A stretch of 64,000 nt of DNA from Trichormus sp. ATA11-4-KO1. GTDB taxonomy: Bacteria > Cyanobacteriota > Cyanobacteriia > Cyanobacteriales > Nostocaceae. Both the position numbers and the translations under genes were made by a program. The notes beneath the pieces are model-generated. The model did no database searches. It saw only the letters and a list, made by a program, of their open reading frames with translations, and was not told where the DNA came from. The stretch lies in NCBI GenBank assembly GCA_019358915.1, contig JAHHIM010000023.1, positions 12,317 through 76,316 on the forward strand. The letters run 5' to 3'. Numbering within the stretch: position 1 is the stretch's first letter; each line of letters starts with the position of its first letter. Positions 20,356 through 31,190 of the stretch are shown piece after piece.

Positions 20356-20753
20356 GCCATAGACTACTTGCAGTAGTACGGAAACTAGGGAATGCTAACG
20401 ACAAGGGAGAGGGGAAAGAGAAATTTTCCTTGTCTGCTGGATTTAAAGCTATCCTCACCTTCTAACCAAAGACACTTTTACCATAGGTTTTACACTGTCG
20501 GTTTCTGAGAATTTGTCTGGTAGCCAACCTGATAAAAATTTTGCCAGAGAAAAATTACTTCCTCATATTTGTTAAAATATCTCAATGAAAACAATAATTA
20601 TCCTTCTATAATAATTGCTTAATTTTCCTTGTAAATACTGCTTAATGCAGATTAAGAAAAGACAAGGGGGAAAAATTTTTGAGTTGCAAATTTCCCCCAC
20701 AGCCCCAATTTCTCTGACAAAACCCAGTATTCCTACTTCCTAGACTGAGAGCT

Positions 20754-23700
20754 TCATTCACCAACCTTGCAGTAATCTTGGATAACTTTTACGTCTAAAG
20801 TAGTAGTTTGTAGTGAACGGATCGCGGCGACAGTAGCTTTTGCGCCAGCGATGGTAGTGATAATGGGTATTTTGTAGGATAAGGCTGTACGACGGATTAA
20901 CCTAGCATCAGTTTGGGCTTCTTCTCCTGAAGGTGTGTTAATGATGAGTTGGATTTTCTGATTTTTAATCGCATCTAGGACGTGAGGACGACCTTCATGG
21001 AGTTTCAGCACTAACTCAACATCTAACCCCTGTTCCTGGAGGACACGGCGTGTACCTAGTGTGGCCATCACTGTAAAGCCCAAGTCGAGAAATTCCTTAA
21101 CTACATTAACCGCAGCAGCTTTATCGCGATCGCTCATGGAAACAAATACAGTTCCTTTTAGGGGTAAACGTTCTCCAGCAGCCAATTCTGCCTTGGCAAA
21201 GGCGCGCCCAAAATCGCTATCGATTCCCATCACCTCACCAGTAGAGCGCATTTCTGGGCCTAATATTGTATCAGTTCCCGGGAATTTATTAAACGGTAAT
21301 ACTGCTTCTTTGACAGCAATATGAGAAGGAATCACTTCTTGGGTAAAGCCTAGCTCCTCTAAAGTTTTACCCGACATAATCAAAGATGCTAGTTTTGCCA
21401 ATGGTACGCCCGTCGCTTTAGACACAAAAGGCACTGTACGCGAGGCGCGGGGGTTTGCTTCCAGAATATAAACTTGGGGAGAATAGCCTTGAGCGCCAAC
21501 AACGGCAAATTGAATATTCATTAACCCCACAACTGACAACGCTTGAGCTAGTTGCACAGTCCAAGTGCGAATTTGTGTGAGAACTGCTGGGGACAGGGAA
21601 ATAGATGGTAAAGAACAGGCAGAATCTCCTGAGTGGATTCCCGCTTGCTCAATGTGTTCCATGATACCACCGATTACTACCCTGCCAGTGTGGTCAGCGA
21701 TCGCATCAACATCGACTTCGATGGCATTTTCCAAAAACTTATCAATTAAAATCGGATGTTCAGGTTCCACCTGCACTGCAAATGTCATGTAACGTTCTAA
21801 TTCTGTATCAGAATAGACGATTTCCATCGCTCGTCCTCCCAATACGTAACTAGGACGCACAACTACCGGATAGCCAATGCGTTTAGCGACAATCAGCGCA
21901 TCCTCATAACTCCGAGCAATTCCATTGGGTGGTTGGGCAATATTTAATTGATTAAGAATCTTTTCAAATCGTTCCCGATCTTCTGCCATGTCAATGGAAT
22001 CCGGGGACGTACCCCAAATGTGAGTGCTGAGGCTTCCTTCCTGAGTGCTGAGAAATTGTTGTAGGGGTACTGCTAATTTTAGGGGTGTTTGTCCGCCAAA
22101 TTGAATGATTATGCCTACGGGATTTTCCGCTTCGATAATGTTGATGACATCTTCTTTGGTCAACGGCTCAAAGTACAGGCGATCGCTTGTGTCATAATCT
22201 GTGGAAACTGTCTCAGGATTGGAATTGACCATGATTGTTTCAAATCCTGCTCCCTTCAACGCATAAGCGGCGTGACAACAACAATAGTCAAACTCGATTC
22301 CCTGGCCGATGCGGTTGGGACCACCACCCAAAATCATTACTTTTGGCTTGGTTGTGGGCAAAACCTCGGTTTCTGCTTCGTAGGTGGAGTAATAATACGG
22401 AGTAAACGCTTCAAACTCAGCCGCGCAGGTGTCCACTGTTTTGTAAACTGGGATAATTCCTAGTTGTTTGCGGTAGGCGCGGACTTCATCTTCGGTGGTT
22501 TTAGTAGCAAAGGCGATTTGGCGATCGCTATATCCATCGCGTTTTACACTATATAGTTGTGCCTTTGTCAACTGCTGTAAGGGTGTCCGCTTGAGGAATT
22601 TCTCCACATCCAACAATTGCTGCATTTTATCTAGAAACCACGGGTCAATGCCTGTAAGTTCGTAGATTTCCTCAGGACTTAGCCCCAGTTGCAAAGCATG
22701 ACGCACAGCAAAAATGCGATCAGGGTTAGGTGTCCGTAGTTGGGCGCGAATCTGTTCACCACTAGGTAATTTTTCGGCTTTGTCACAACCCCAACCAGCG
22801 CGGCCAGTTTCTAGGGAGCGCAGGGCTTTTTGGAAAGATTCATTAAATGTCCGTCCAATGGCCATTGCTTCCCCCACCGACTTCATTTGAGTAGTCAGCA
22901 CAGGTTCCGAACCGGGGAACTTCTCAAAAGCGAAGCGGGGAATTTTGGTGACTACATAGTCAATGGTTGGCTCAAAAGACGCGGGTGTTTGCTTGGTGAT
23001 ATCATTTTGAATTTCATCCAAGGTGTAACCCACAGCCAGCTTGGCGGCTATTTTGGCAATGGGAAAACCTGTAGCTTTGGAAGCTAAAGCCGAACTACGG
23101 GAAACACGGGGGTTCATTTCAATGACAACTACATCCCCAGTAATGGGATTGATGGCAAATTGGATATTAGAACCGCCAGTTTCCACCCCAATCTCGCGGA
23201 TAATTTTAATTGCCATGTCCCGCAGCCGTTGATATTCTTTATCAGTCAGGGTTTGGGCGGGAGCTACGGTGATGGAGTCGCCGGTGTGGATACCCATCGG
23301 GTCAAGGTTTTCGATGGAACAGATAATTACGACATTATCCGCTAAGTCGCGCATTACTTCCAACTCGTATTCTTTCCAACCGAGTAGGGACTGGTCAATG
23401 AGAATTTGGGAAACCGGACTAGCATCTATACCTACCTGGGCCATTTCTTCAAATTCTTCTTGGTTGTAGGCAATACCACCACCAGTGCCACCCATTGTAA
23501 AGGCAGGACGAATAATTAAGGGATAAGTCCCAATTTGTGAGGCGATCGCTTTTGCTTCTTCTAAAGATGAGGCTGTACCACTGGGACACACCAGTACCCC
23601 AATCTTTGCCATCGCTTCGTTAAATAGTTTGCGGTCTTCCGCTTTTTCGATCGCGGGTAACTTAGCGCCTATTAATTCAACGTTATACTTCTCTAAAGCG

Positions 23701-24017
23701 CCATTTTTCGCCAGAGCAACAGCAAGGTTGAGAGCAGTTTGTCCGCCCATTGTTGGCAGTAGAGCATCAGGGCGTTCTTTAGCGATCACTTTTTCGACCA
23801 ATTCCGGTGTTAGCGGCTCAATATAAGTGCGATCAGCCGTTTCTGGATCGGTCATAATCGTTGCCGGGTTAGAGTTGACCAACACCACTTCATAGCCTTC
23901 TTCTCGCAGCGCTTTACAGGCTTGAGTGCCAGAGTAGTCAAACTCACAGGCTTGTCCGATGACGATGGGGCCAGAGCCTAACAATAGTATTTTCCGGAGG
24001 TCTTGACGGCGGGGCAT
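20754..24017 (-). CDS. carB: Carbamoyl-phosphate synthase large subunit
   Basis: [35 protein letters not shown], duplicated ATP-grasp, MGS domain. Confidence 0.98.
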   Translation of the reverse strand: MPRRQDLRKILLLGSGPIVIGQACEFDYSGTQACKALREEGYEVVLVNSNPATIMTDPETADRTYIEPLTPELVEKVIAKERPDALLPTMGGQTALNLAVALAKNGALEKYNVELIGAKLPAIEKAEDRKLFNEAMAKIGVLVCPSGTASSLEEAKAIASQIGTYPLIIRPAFTMGGTGGGIAYNQEEFEEMAQVGIDASPVSQILIDQSLLGWKEYELEVMRDLADNVVIICSIENLDPMGIHTGDSITVAPAQTLTDKEYQRLRDMAIKIIREIGVETGGSNIQFAINPITGDVVVIEMNPRVSRSSALASKATGFPIAKIAAKLAVGYTLDEIQNDITKQTPASFEPTIDYVVTKIPRFAFEKFPGSEPVLTTQMKSVGEAMAIGRTFNESFQKALRSLETGRAGWGCDKAEKLPSGEQIRAQLRTPNPDRIFAVRHALQLGLSPEEIYELTGIDPWFLDKMQQLLDVEKFLKRTPLQQLTKAQLYSVKRDGYSDRQIAFATKTTEDEVRAYRKQLGIIPVYKTVDTCAAEFEAFTPYYYSTYEAETEVLPTTKPKVMILGGGPNRIGQGIEFDYCCCHAAYALKGAGFETIMVNSNPETVSTDYDTSDRLYFEPLTKEDVINIIEAENPVGIIIQFGGQTPLKLAVPLQQFLSTQEGSLSTHIWGTSPDSIDMAEDRERFEKILNQLNIAQPPNGIARSYEDALIVAKRIGYPVVVRPSYVLGGRAMEIVYSDTELERYMTFAVQVEPEHPILIDKFLENAIEVDVDAIADHTGRVVIGGIMEHIEQAGIHSGDSACSLPSISLSPAVLTQIRTWTVQLAQALSVVGLMNIQFAVVGAQGYSPQVYILEANPRASRTVPFVSKATGVPLAKLASLIMSGKTLEELGFTQEVIPSHIAVKEAVLPFNKFPGTDTILGPEMRSTGEVMGIDSDFGRAFAKAELAAGERLPLKGTVFVSMSDRDKAAAVNVVKEFLDLGFTVMATLGTRRVLQEQGLDVELVLKLHEGRPHVLDAIKNQKIQLIINTPSGEEAQTDARLIRRTALSYKIPIITTIAGAKATVAAIRSLQTTTLDVKVIQDYCKVGE

Positions 24018-24484
24018 AGTCGTTGGGTTGGAGTAAGAGAATACAAATCCTGATTATTTTAAGGGTCTTTTCCCCTAGTCATATTATTTATTATTAAGTT
24101 TTCCAGGTTTAACAACACAGACAAAGGAAATAGGTACAGGTAGATGGGAGCGCAGGGGGGAAAACTGCCATAGCTATCCTGTATCAGAGTAGCAGGCGAT
24201 CGCCACTTGGTATAACTATTTAATTTGTTACTTCACATATCTACTTTTCTGTATCTACTATTTTAAATATTTCTCAGTAAAGTTAATCTTAGTTATTTGC
24301 AAATATTTTTGATTTAAACTAATGATGCTTAACCATAATTAAGTATTTGTTGCATACATATTGCACTGCTGACTTTGCATAAATAACTTAAATAACAATA
24401 TTTCTTAACTGGCTAATTAGTAATATTTTCTTATACCTATTACTTGACCACCTAATATCTTGTGTGTTCCTGTTTATTTAAATT

Positions 24485-24523
24485 AAAAATGGCAGAAAGA
24501 ATTCTCTACTTTCTGCCATTTTT
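24485..24523 (-). terminator. Intrinsic terminator after dps
   Basis: aaaaatggcagaaag...ctttctgccattttt. Confidence 0.7.
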
Positions 24524-24596
24524 TAGAGTTTTTTAAGACTTAGTGCTGCTAACTCTTTCATCAGTCTCGATCACACCAATCAAGAAGATGAGGGTA

Positions 24597-25151
24597 TTAG
24601 TTTTGAGCAGGTTGGACAAATGCCAAGGTTAAGCTATCATGAGCGAGGAAGTGAGCCAAGTGGAAAGCTCGTTCCTCAGTTTTTAACAGAATTTTTTCGT
24701 ACAAATAACGTGTGGCTCGGTCGCCTAAACTCTCTGCCTGAGCGGCTTGGCGACGAATAACGTTGATGATAGCTTGTTCTGCCGCTAGGTCATTTTCTAC
24801 CATCTGGCGACAAGAATATACGCCATCGGCTTCTTGTTCAAAACACGTTAATTCTGCTAATTTGCTGAAGGTAGCTACTGGTACACCGCCCAATCCATCT
24901 AAGCGCTCGCCAATTTCATGGGTATGTCCCTGTACTTCTTCATAGCTCTCGTTGAAAAACTGATGCAGCTGATAAAATTCTGAACCTTCAACTACAAAAT
25001 GATGTTTTTGGTACTGTAAATACAGTGCCTGGAAACTAGCTAATACAACATTAAATCCTTCAGTGACTGGCGCTGTTACACTGTGATCCAGCAGGATAGG
25101 ATTGTCATAAACATGACCAAAATTTCTTAATACAGTTTGCGTCTCAGACAT
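24597..25151 (-). CDS. dps: Dps family DNA-protection/ferritin-like protein (DpsA)
   Basis: [31 protein letters not shown]. Confidence 0.92.
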   Translation of the reverse strand: MSETQTVLRNFGHVYDNPILLDHSVTAPVTEGFNVVLASFQALYLQYQKHHFVVEGSEFYQLHQFFNESYEEVQGHTHEIGERLDGLGGVPVATFSKLAELTCFEQEADGVYSCRQMVENDLAAEQAIINVIRRQAAQAESLGDRATRYLYEKILLKTEERAFHLAHFLAHDSLTLAFVQPAQN

Positions 25152-25644
25152 TGTTCTCCTCGCTTTTTAGCAGTTGTAGTTTTAACTGCTTATTCTCTAT
25201 ATATTAACATTTAAAAAATAAAGGCAAGCCTAATTAATATCATAAAATTTAGATTTTTTTGTGGCTAAAAGTGCAAAGTTTCCTCTTAAGCAGGATAAAC
25301 ACACACCTATCGTGTAGTCTGTAATTACCACTAATGACAATGTGTGCAAAGTATCTTGTTAAACATCAAAACTATCCCAGCGAACCCCTATTCCTTACTG
25401 GAAATAGGGAAAATATCAAGAATCGAAGCTTTTCTTTGCTGAGTACAGAGAAAGGTTTTTGAGTATTTTTTGTGATTGCCCTCAAGATGCTTTAATGTTA
25501 AATAATTTGCTTAAAAGTGTATATACCTAGAGAAGCCATAGCAGATTAGGGTATTTGAAAAGTAATCCAGTGAACACAAGTTAAATCTAAAATCTCCTCT
25601 GTTTCTTGTATTTGGGAGACTGGAGGCGATTGATAACGAAAAAT

Positions 25645-25695
25645 TATTACAAAGTTTTCATATTTTTTGCCCGGACAACTGAGAATTGTTAGCAC
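25645..25695. promoter_or_regulatory. DIF1-like promoter (minus strand, toward dps) next to a Fur-like box
   Basis: Minus strand TCCGGG-N19-GTAATA; plus strand actgagaattgttagcac at 25678-25695. Confidence 0.35.
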
Positions 25696-25782
25696 TTAGG
25701 GTAAGCTTATTTAAAGATGCTGTAATCCAAAAATTTTAAAAATTAGGGGGTTAAGGCACGGTAGTTACTGCAATTTAGTCGC

Positions 25783-26058
25783 ATGTTGAGGGCTAGTCGC
25801 TTGAAAACGTTCAATTCAGAAATTCAAAAAAAGTACGTTGTTGGGGTGAATTGGGCAGACCGATGGCAAGTCTATAGACGCTTACAGGAGTTAGATATTC
25901 CCTGTTGGTGTGAGACTAACCAGCCATTGATGGTGGAAATTGATAATCCTTTAGCAGCTGTTCAATTTTGGTGTGTGATGCGGCGATTAACAGCTTCCCG
26001 TCAAGACCTGATTTGGTCTCTGGAAAACAGCTGGCAAAGACGCTACCGAAAGCATTAA
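25783..26058 (+). CDS. Asr1405/Asl0597 family protein
   Basis: WADRWQVYRRLQELDIPCWC motif; exact start uncertain. Confidence 0.8.
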   Translation: MLRASRLKTFNSEIQKKYVVGVNWADRWQVYRRLQELDIPCWCETNQPLMVEIDNPLAAVQFWCVMRRLTASRQDLIWSLENSWQRRYRKH

Positions 26059-26131
26059 TAGATGGCAGATATGCAAGCTGTCTTATTTAATGCCTTAAGA
26101 ACATTACTTAGTTAAAAATGGGTTAAACAAC

Positions 26132-26788
26132 ATGAGTGCATCTTACAGTACAGAAATCTCAGAATTTTGCCTTGAAGGAAGGTTTATTGATTTTGTCATT
26201 AAAGATGGCTACAAGCTCAAAGGCTTATTGTTAGGCACTTCCGATGGTGAATGCTATGTTAAACTTGCCAAGCATTTACGAGCAGCTTTTGACTTGCGGT
26301 TACCACCAGGTACTTGGCTACAAGTTGTTGGTTACAAAAAGTACGACATTAAAAAAGATAAAATTACATTAAAAGCTGAACGTGTAATGGCAGCACGTTC
26401 TGAAGCGGGGAGAGTTCCCACTGTCACTTCACTACAAGAACCCCCAGCAATGAACACTACTAAAGTAAAATCAGTTAAAAATAAAGACACAATTTTGGTG
26501 TGTCAAAAGTCTGATTGTATGAAACGGGGTGGTAAAGCACTGTGTCAGGCGTTGGAAGCAGCTTTAAGTAATCGCGGTTTGGAAGACCAAGTGACCATTA
26601 AAGGTACTGGTTGCATGAAAAACTGCAAAGCTGGCCCTAACCTAGTGATGCCAAACAAAACCCGCTATAGTCGCATTCAAGCTGCACAAGTTCCTGGACT
26701 CATGGACAAGCACTTTGCTGACAAGGGATTGGAGGAGCAGCCAGATAATTCAACACAAGTAATCATACCTAACAGCAAATTTTGCTGA
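26132..26788 (+). CDS. Protein with C-terminal thioredoxin-like (2Fe-2S) ferredoxin domain
   Basis: VCQKSDC...TGCMKNCKAGPN four-Cys motif. Confidence 0.88.
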   Translation: MSASYSTEISEFCLEGRFIDFVIKDGYKLKGLLLGTSDGECYVKLAKHLRAAFDLRLPPGTWLQVVGYKKYDIKKDKITLKAERVMAARSEAGRVPTVTSLQEPPAMNTTKVKSVKNKDTILVCQKSDCMKRGGKALCQALEAALSNRGLEDQVTIKGTGCMKNCKAGPNLVMPNKTRYSRIQAAQVPGLMDKHFADKGLEEQPDNSTQVIIPNSKFC

Positions 26789-26950
26789 AGTTGACAGTAA
26801 AAGATTTACTTTTTAATGAGAAAATTTAATAAGAAGATTTTTAGTGTGTTTCTCTAGCACTCGGTGGCAATTTTTGCAAATACTTTGCAAGAGTTCAAAA
26901 GCGATCGCCTAAAATTGGCAATGACTATACAGGCGATCGCTTCACATTTC

Positions 26951-27034
26951 TTATCTATCAAATTCAGCAAGTGTCAGCTGACGCTGTTTCAGAATATCTT
27001 GTAGACTCTTGGGTTTGTTTTGCGGGTTATTCAC
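26951..27034 (-). pseudogene. 5' stub resembling the N-terminus of Nostocales ATP-binding/TPR proteins
   Basis: Manual translation MNNPQNKPKSLQDILKQRQ, then divergence and stop after 27 aa; similarity from memory. Confidence 0.4.
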
Positions 27035-27128
27035 AAGCTTCTGTATTTGAAGTGCTAATACTTACAGAATAACTACTAACCACGCACACTATATTCCAGA
27101 AATTGCTTAATTAACAAAATTCACCACC

Positions 27129-27434
27129 TTACGCATTATCCGACTCTGCAAGTAAAGCTTCTAAATCTTGACGACCACTGACAACGCGCAAAATTTCTAC
27201 TCCATTATCAATTACCCGATAGAGAATTATATATCCATCTAACGGCAAGCCACGCAATGAAGGTTTAATATGAGCATAACTGCGTCCCATATTGGGAAAT
27301 TTTGCTAATTTTCGACATTTATTATTAAATTCTTGAAATAATTTTTCTCCTGCCGCTAGATTTATTATTAAAAAATAATCAGAGATTTCATTTAAATCAC
27401 GGCTGGCAGATGGTGAGATTATATAGCGACTCAT
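27129..27434 (-). CDS. parE: RelE/ParE family toxin
   Basis: YIISPSASRDLNEI...FPNMGR...YIILYR...VEILRV. Confidence 0.88.
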   Translation of the reverse strand: MSRYIISPSASRDLNEISDYFLIINLAAGEKLFQEFNNKCRKLAKFPNMGRSYAHIKPSLRGLPLDGYIILYRVIDNGVEILRVVSGRQDLEALLAESDNA

Positions 27435-27697
27435 TACTGATTTTCACGTGCCTTTTGGAACCTTTCCAGTATCTGCATGACGACAGTTTCACCATCCAAA
27501 CCTTCCCCTCGGTCAAGTTCTGTAATCGCCACATCAACTTTTTGTCGCGTTTCTTCAACCCATTGAAGATACTCGAAATTACATTTTTCTAATATTTGAA
27601 ATGCTATATCAATTACTTCATCTGCGTTTGTAAATCTCCCACTAGCAATTTGAGCTTGAATAAATTGCTCATGTTCGGGTTTAAGTTTAATATCCAC
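27434..27697 (-). CDS. parD: ParD-like antitoxin
   Basis: EQFIQAQIASGRFTNADEVI; GTG start at 27697 after GGAAGG; overlaps toxin start. Confidence 0.82.
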   Translation of the reverse strand: MDIKLKPEHEQFIQAQIASGRFTNADEVIDIAFQILEKCNFEYLQWVEETRQKVDVAITELDRGEGLDGETVVMQILERFQKARENQ

Positions 27698-27822
27698 AAT
27701 TCCTTCCCAGAATTTGCCATCAGTTGTACCCAAATGGTACTAAATCTAAAAAAGAATATGGGCATAGGTAAAGAAGCTTAAACTTTCCATTTTCTTTCCT
27801 ACGCCCTGACAATCCTTAACTC

Positions 27823-28221
27823 TTATGTTCCAGGTATCACCGCAATACAATCAATCTCTACCAAAACATCTTTTGGTAACCGCGAAACCTGCACACAAGC
27901 ACGCGCTGGCGCAGTTGCTTCCTCAAAATACTGGGCATAAACTGCATTGACTGCGGCAAAATCATTCATATCAGCTAAAAATACCGTCGTCTTCACCACA
28001 TCACCAAACTTAGCCCCAGCAGCCTGCAAAATCGCCTCCAGATTTGCCATTACCTTCTCAGCCTGCTGCTTCACATCCCCCATACCCACAATTTCCCCTG
28101 TATTGGGATCAAGGGCAATTTGTCCAGCCACAAACACCATTTGACCAGAAGCAGCGATCGCTTGATTATATGGTCCCACAGGAGCAGGTGCGCTATCAGT
28201 ACGAATAACTTTTTTACTCAT
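27823..28221 (-). CDS. ridA: RidA (YjgF) family enamine deaminase
   Basis: [42 protein letters not shown]. Confidence 0.93.
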   Translation of the reverse strand: MSKKVIRTDSAPAPVGPYNQAIAASGQMVFVAGQIALDPNTGEIVGMGDVKQQAEKVMANLEAILQAAGAKFGDVVKTTVFLADMNDFAAVNAVYAQYFEEATAPARACVQVSRLPKDVLVEIDCIAVIPGT

Positions 28222-28256
28222 CTCTTCCTTCGTGTCCTTTGCGTCTTCGCGGTTCG

Positions 28257-28691
28257 TTAAAAACCTAGCCTGGGAAGTATCCCATAATGCCGATAACGCC
28301 AATAATCTCGCAGAATGCGATCGTGGTCAAAACATAAATTACTCGGCACACGCCAAGACTCAAAAACGCCTATATTTTTAGCATCATCTCCCGCCAGTGG
28401 TTCCCCTGTCGCTGTCGCTAAAAACACAATACTGATTGTATGTTGCCGAGGGTCGCGACTAGGGTCAGAATACACCAAAAATTGAGTAATTAACTCCACC
28501 TGCAAACCTGTTTCCTCCTCAGCCTCTCGCCGCGCTGCTACTTCCACAGGTTCACCATAATCCACAAACCCACCGGGAATAGCCCAACCTAAGGGCGGAT
28601 TATGTCGCTCAATTAACACTATCGGTCGATGTGGCCGATCCACTAATTCAATGATGATATCAACCGTTGGTGCAGGATTTCTGTAATTCAT
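28257..28691 (-). CDS. Nudix hydrolase
   Basis: PGGFVDYGE...[18 protein letters not shown]. Confidence 0.92.
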   Translation of the reverse strand: MNYRNPAPTVDIIIELVDRPHRPIVLIERHNPPLGWAIPGGFVDYGEPVEVAARREAEEETGLQVELITQFLVYSDPSRDPRQHTISIVFLATATGEPLAGDDAKNIGVFESWRVPSNLCFDHDRILRDYWRYRHYGILPRLGF

Positions 28692-28810
28692 AGTCAGTAG
28701 TCATTGGTCATTAGTTACTTCCCTATTCCCCAATCTTCCGAAAGCTTTCAATGCTGACCTTACCGTGATAGATTCGATGGGATCGCTTACTCCTATATTT
28801 GAAGTTAAAT

Positions 28811-30319
28811 ATGCCTTTTCCTAGATCCAGTGGCGTTTTGCTGCATCCTACATCTTTTCCCAGTCGATTTGGCATTGGGGATTTAGGCTTAGAAGCCTAT
28901 AAATTTATTGATTTCCTCAGAGAAAGTTACCAGCAATATTGGCAAGTTCTACCTTTAGGGCCGACTGGGTACGGTAATTCTCCTTATGCTTCTTATTCAG
29001 CAATGGCGGGAAATCCCATGCTCATCAGTCCAGAACAGCTGCAAGAGCAGGGTTTACTAACTGAGGAAGACTTTGCTAACTTACCAGTATTTGAGGACTC
29101 TCAGGTAGATTACGAGCAAGTTAAGCCAATTAAAATTGGGCTACTTAAAAAAGCCTGTCAAAACTTCCAAGTTAGAGCAACACCCCTACAACAAAAAGAA
29201 TTTGCCGGCTTTTGTGACAGTAAAGCCTATTGGCTGGATGATTACGCCTTATTTATGGCGTTAAAGGATGCTCATGAGGATACCAGTTGGCATACATGGG
29301 AGGCGGAACTTGTCAAGCGTGAACCCGCCGCAATTGATCGGGTACGACGGCAATTAACTGGTGAAATTTTTTATTATAAATTCGTGCAATTTGAATTTTT
29401 TCGCCAGTGGTCGGAACTCAAATCCTATGCCAACATGAGCGGGATCTATATTATTGGCGACATTCCCATTTATGTAGCGCAGGATAGTGCTGATGTGTGG
29501 GCGCACCCCGATATCTTTTGTTTAGATGAAGAGACTAGGGAACCGGCTCTAATGGCGGGAGTTCCACCAGATTACTTTAGTGCTACTGGTCAATTATGGG
29601 GTAACCCAGTTTATGACTGGGAGGAATTAAAAAAAAGAGACTTTAAGTGGTGGATTGGTCGCTTTGAAGCGATGCTGGATTATATAGATGTAATTCGTAT
29701 TGACCACTTCCGAGGATTTGAGGCTTACTGGGCTGTGGAACAAGGCGAAGAAACAGCCATCAACGGAGAGTGGATGAAAGCCCCAGGCGAAGAGTTGTTT
29801 GATACGATTAAACAAAAATTGGGCAAGCTGCCAGTTTTAGCGGAAGATTTGGGGGTAATTACACCAGAAGTGGAAGCACTGCGCGACAAATATGAATTTC
29901 CCGGTATGAAAGTTTTGCAGTTTGCTTTTGGTTCTGATCCCGGTAATCCGTTTTTGCCTTTCAATTACACACGCAATGCCGTAGTTTATACCGGGACTCA
30001 TGACAATGACACAACTGTAGGCTGGTTCAATTCAGCTAATGATTGGGAAAAGCGCAACTTACTACTGTATTTAGGTTGTATCAGTCCTGAAGGCATCCAT
30101 TGGGATGTCATTCGCCTGGCTTTGAGTTCCATCGCTAATCAAGCAATTATTCCTTTACAGGATATTTTGGGTTTGGGAACCGAAGCTAGAATGAACTTTC
30201 CTAGTGTTGCTGAGGGTAACTGGGATTGGCGCTATCAGCCGTCGGTATTGACCGCAGAACTGGGCGATCGCCTGAAAAATCTCACTAAACTCTACGGACG
30301 CGCACCGAGTGAGTGCTGA
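28811..30319 (+). CDS. malQ: 4-alpha-glucanotransferase (GH77)
   Basis: RSSGVLLHPTS, GVPPDYFSATGQLWGNP, RIDHFRGF, AEDLG, YTGTHDNDT. Confidence 0.97.
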   Translation: MPFPRSSGVLLHPTSFPSRFGIGDLGLEAYKFIDFLRESYQQYWQVLPLGPTGYGNSPYASYSAMAGNPMLISPEQLQEQGLLTEEDFANLPVFEDSQVDYEQVKPIKIGLLKKACQNFQVRATPLQQKEFAGFCDSKAYWLDDYALFMALKDAHEDTSWHTWEAELVKREPAAIDRVRRQLTGEIFYYKFVQFEFFRQWSELKSYANMSGIYIIGDIPIYVAQDSADVWAHPDIFCLDEETREPALMAGVPPDYFSATGQLWGNPVYDWEELKKRDFKWWIGRFEAMLDYIDVIRIDHFRGFEAYWAVEQGEETAINGEWMKAPGEELFDTIKQKLGKLPVLAEDLGVITPEVEALRDKYEFPGMKVLQFAFGSDPGNPFLPFNYTRNAVVYTGTHDNDTTVGWFNSANDWEKRNLLLYLGCISPEGIHWDVIRLALSSIANQAIIPLQDILGLGTEARMNFPSVAEGNWDWRYQPSVLTAELGDRLKNLTKLYGRAPSEC

Positions 30320-30343
30320 GTGCTGAGTGCTGAGTGCTGAGTG
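30310..30343. repeat. STRR heptamer array (TGAGTGC)n
   Basis: About 4.5 tandem copies overlapping the malQ stop. Confidence 0.85.
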
Positions 30344-30383
30344 TCACGAAAAAATCTACTGACTACTCAGCACTTGCTATATT

Positions 30384-31190
30384 TCAAGACCGAGGTTTGT
30401 TACCAATCTTGATTTCTTCCACTGTTCCCGGTTTTCCCATTTGTTTAGCTTCTTGCTGATTAACACTCATCAACACACTACCAGCATTATCAGTCTTCAC
30501 CGTTAGTTGTTCTTGGGCTTTCCAAGTGCGCTGAGTTCCCTCTGGGAGAATTCCTTCAAACTCGGTTTTGCCATCAGCTACTACACGAATCCAGGATGAC
30601 GCTTTTAAGGTGACACCAATCTGTACTGACTGATTGTCGTTGATGCGGTTAAGGTGATTACTAACAGGTTGAAACTCGGTTGGCAGTTTGGGGGTTGATT
30701 GAGTTGGTTCTGATTGTAAAACAGTTGCTCTCCCCGGCTGTTGCTTGCTGTTGCTGAGAGCAGTATTATTCAGTAATTGCGACAGGCCACTCACAGAGCA
30801 TAAAATCACAAATATGTAAAGTAAGTAAAGATGAAGAGGACGCAGTAGACCAATTGACTGATTTTTTTCAGTAGGCGGAAGGCTAACAGGCTGAGAACCA
30901 AGAGGAAAATTGCTGGCAAAGGTTACTCCATTAAAGCCGAGCGCTTCGGCAAATTGCCTGATTAAACCCTGAATATAAATTGGTTCTGGCAGATCATTTA
31001 AATTCCCTTCTTCGATCGCCTGTAACAACCGCCGGGGAATTTTGGTCAAAACTACCATTTCCTCTAGGGATAGAGCTTTTTCTTGACGGGAGGCCCAAAG
31101 TTGAGCGCCCATTTGGGCCAATTTTTCCGATTGTTGTTGTGCTAACGAAAGTGTGGGCTGCTCTTTATCTTTACTTTTTAGCCATTTCAT
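30384..31190 (-). CDS. rodZ: RodZ-like HTH/TM/DUF4115 protein
   Basis: LQAIEEGNLNDLPEPIYIQG HTH, TM helix, SWIRVVADGK..F.G. Confidence 0.85.
   Translation of the reverse strand: MKWLKSKDKEQPTLSLAQQQSEKLAQMGAQLWASRQEKALSLEEMVVLTKIPRRLLQAIEEGNLNDLPEPIYIQGLIRQFAEALGFNGVTFASNFPLGSQPVSLPPTEKNQSIGLLRPLHLYLLYIFVILCSVSGLSQLLNNTALSNSKQQPGRATVLQSEPTQSTPKLPTEFQPVSNHLNRINDNQSVQIGVTLKASSWIRVVADGKTEFEGILPEGTQRTWKAQEQLTVKTDNAGSVLMSVNQQEAKQMGKPGTVEEIKIGNKPRS

Noticed and set aside
20165..20458. 97-aa ORF
   Set aside because: Translation of the MITE-like repeat (RRQEAEGRR, FCLLPSA).
30310..30343. Tandem heptamer arrays as possible CRISPR
   Set aside because: No unique spacers; ordinary STRR repeats. No CRISPR array or cas gene seen in the window.
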